64,000 nt of DNA, taken from NCBI RefSeq assembly GCF_006345805.1, contig NC_043007.1, positions 19,964,001-20,028,000 of the forward strand. Reading direction: 5' to 3'. The stretch comes from Octopus sinensis. Its lineage: Eukaryota. The notes beneath the pieces are model-generated. The model was not told the DNA's origin, did not search any database, and saw nothing but the letters and a program-made list of their open reading frames with translations. Below, in pieces: positions 61,722 through 64,000 of this stretch (position 1 is the stretch's first letter; each line of letters begins with the position of its first letter). The position numbers were made by a program, and so were the translations under genes.

Positions 61722-61884
61722 TTTGCATTTGAAATTTTGAGGAACCTCATCTTCTTTCAGGTTTACACATGAATTATGAAATAGACACATGCATATATCA
61801 CAATGCAGTTGAGGAGGAATGCCTGTAAGGCCTGGACAGTTGAGGGAACAGGGTTGGAAAGAATTTCTTTTGTTCATATTAACT
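61722..61884 (-). CDS. PHD-finger exon (most 5' exon found in window)
   Basis: tatttattgcag|A GTT AAT ATG ... TGC AAA|gtaagc; VNMNKRNSFQPCSLNCPGLTGIPPQLHCDICMCLFHNSCVNLKEDEVPQNFKCK; 163 nt. Confidence 0.9.
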
Positions 61885-62282
61885 CTGCAATAAATATAAA
61901 TTGAAACATTTAACAAATTGTGATTTACAGTGGTGGTCACTACAGATTGAACATACAATGAAGCAAGCCTCTGAGATTGTTTTTGGTTTAGCCATTTAAG
62001 TAGATTTAGAAAAGCACTGAAATCTAAATTAATATTTGTAAAAAAAATGGAAAATGAAAGAAGCCCTCTTTGTGTGTGTGTGTGTGCCTTCACTTTCTGT
62101 GATAGTTGCAAAGGAGTGTTATCAACATGCACGTGATGTCCTTCATTTCCACTATCCCCTAAAAATATTTAGATACAGAGGGTTGGCAACAGGAATGGCA
62201 TCCAGCCAAAAAAAAAACAGCCTTGATACATGCATGGAAAAGTGGAAGTTAAAATGATGATGATGATGATGAAATCTTTAAC

Positions 62283-63220
62283 CCTTTTGATAGCAACCTG
62301 TCTGAAACTGCCTCTGGCTCTAGTATAAATGTCTTGTTTTCAAAATTTCTAAATTAAGATCTTCTACCAAATTACAATTTATGCTCTTAACACTAGTCAC
62401 AATTTATGCTCTTAACACTAGCTTAATGATAACTAAGTTATTTTACTAAATTCTTTGTTATATTTAGAATTAATTGAAAGAAACACAGAGCATCTCAAAC
62501 GGCTGAAACTGGCACTGGCTCTGTAGTACAGATGTCTTGTTTTCATAAGTTTTGAATTAAAATCTTCCACCAAACCTTAGTCACAATTTATGTACCTAAC
62601 ACAAGCTGAATGATAATTAAGTTATTTTACTAAATTCTTTGTTATATTTAGAATTAATTGAAAGAAACACAGAGCATCTCAACAGAAATATGGGAACAAA
62701 AGGGTTAAAAGCACTCATGCTGGTACCATGTAGAAAGCACTAGTGATGACGTCACAGTAACCCTTTTGATACCAACCCACCTAAAACCACCTCTAGCTCT
62801 GTAGTACAAATGTCTTGTTTTTATAAGTTCTAAATTAAGATCTTCCACCAAACCTTAGTCACAATATATGTTCCTAACACTAGCTGAATGATAACCAAGT
62901 TATTTTACTAAATTTTTTGTTATATTTAGAATTAATTGAAAGAAGCCCCGAGCATCTCAGCAGAAATCATCATCATCATCATTTAGCGTCCACTTTCCAT
63001 GCTAGCATGGGTTGGACGGTTCAACTGGGGTCTGGGAAGCCAGAAGGCTGCACCAGGTCCAGTCTGATCTGGCAATGTTTCTACGGCTGGATCCCTTCCT
63101 AACGCCAACCACTCTGTGAGTGTAGTGGGTGCTTTTTACGTGCTACCGGCACAGGTGCCAGACAGGCCTGGCAAACGGCCACGGTCGGATGGTGCTTTTT
63201 ACGTATGGTAACAAAAGGGT
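62283..63220. mobile_element. Cluster of piggyBac-type MITEs (about 62283-62705 and 62761-63220, the latter interrupted by an RTE end)
   Basis: ttaacccttttg ... caaaagggttaa termini; internal sequence shared with the 13281 copy. Confidence 0.7.
62965..63205 (-). mobile_element. RTE 3' end
   Basis: Family motifs and (CAT)n. Confidence 0.7.
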
Positions 63221-64000
63221 TAAACTGTAATAAAGTGTTGCTGCTACTATTTCGGTTACTTGCTCTGCTACTCTATGTATTGGCATCAATGCAATCCTAC
63301 AGATGATTTTTAGGGGACTTCAAATGAAAGACAAAAGCAAATTATTGAAAACTGTCTATTTTTTACTTGTTTCAGTCACTGGGTTGTGGCCATACTGGGG
63401 CACCACCTTGAAAGCTTTCACTCCAAGAAATCAACACCACACTTATTTTTGAGCTTGGTACTAATTCTATTGGCCAATTTTGCTGAACTATTTAAATTAC
63501 GGGAATGTAAACAAACCAACACTGGTTGTCAAGTGGTAGGGGGAGAGACAGACAGACACAGACTCAAACACATACATACAAACATACATACATATATATA
63601 TATATATCACGTGATTAAATGACCGACCAGGCTATCAGATGTTGTTACACATCGCTGGTCACAATGCGCTTCGCATTCTTTTAGCCTTAAAATGACGCCA
63701 CCCCACTGGCTAAGCGAGCAGGCCTATATATATATATATATATATATACATGATGGGCTTCTACACAGTTTCCAACTACTGAATTTACTCACAAGGCATT
63801 TGCTGGCATGGGGCTATAATAGAAGACACTTGCCCAAGGTGCTGTGCAGTGGGACTGAACCCAGAATCACGTGGTTACAAAGCAAGCATCTTAACCACAC
63901 AGTCATGCCTGCACCTTTACATGAATTCTAAACTACAAATGGAGAAAGAATTTCAGAATTGTGAAGGAGTGGCTGTGTGGTAAGTAGGTTGCTAACCTAC

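Larger units (their letters stand above)
39856..61884 (-). other. PHD finger - low-complexity linker - F-box - leucine-rich repeat protein gene (5' end beyond right edge)
   Basis: Ten exons (163+1238+52+87+203+145+105+107+112+324 nt) join with matching phases into about 844 codons plus stop. PHD-like C4HC3 motif, F-box (MLQIFHYLSAGDLARCSLVCKSWHQLATQPSLW) and several LxxLxL repeats. Confidence 0.92.

Overview
Eukaryotic, intron-rich, AT-rich DNA packed with microsatellites and retroposons, with one 100-N scaffold gap (23622-23721). The SINE/RTE repertoire is most consistent with an octopus genome (inference from repeat families). Two spliced protein genes, both on the minus strand, were rebuilt by hand from GT-AG junctions with consistent intron phases. 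(1) A secreted ribonuclease T2: 6 coding exons at 1-13001, both catalytic motifs intact, 3' end outside the window. (2) A PHD-finger / F-box / leucine-rich-repeat protein: 10 coding exons at 39856-61884, about 844 aa, 5' end outside the window. Most other ORFs in the track are microsatellite or transposon artefacts. Repeats include three tRNA-derived SINE families, RTE, CR1, L1/Tx1 and Penelope-like (PLE) relics, a mariner relic, four Helitron non-autonomous copies, piggyBac-type TTAA MITEs and other foldback elements. The most unusual signals are three. (a) An 8-copy, 99-bp, frame-preserving tandem array of the splice acceptor plus the 5' part of the F-box exon. (b) A tRNA-headed element ending in a hammerhead-ribozyme motif, seen twice. 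(c) Several unrelated short foldback elements carrying hammerhead-like motifs, some on both strands. Repeat boundaries are approximate unless a TSD or terminal motif is quoted. No searches or folding programs were run.
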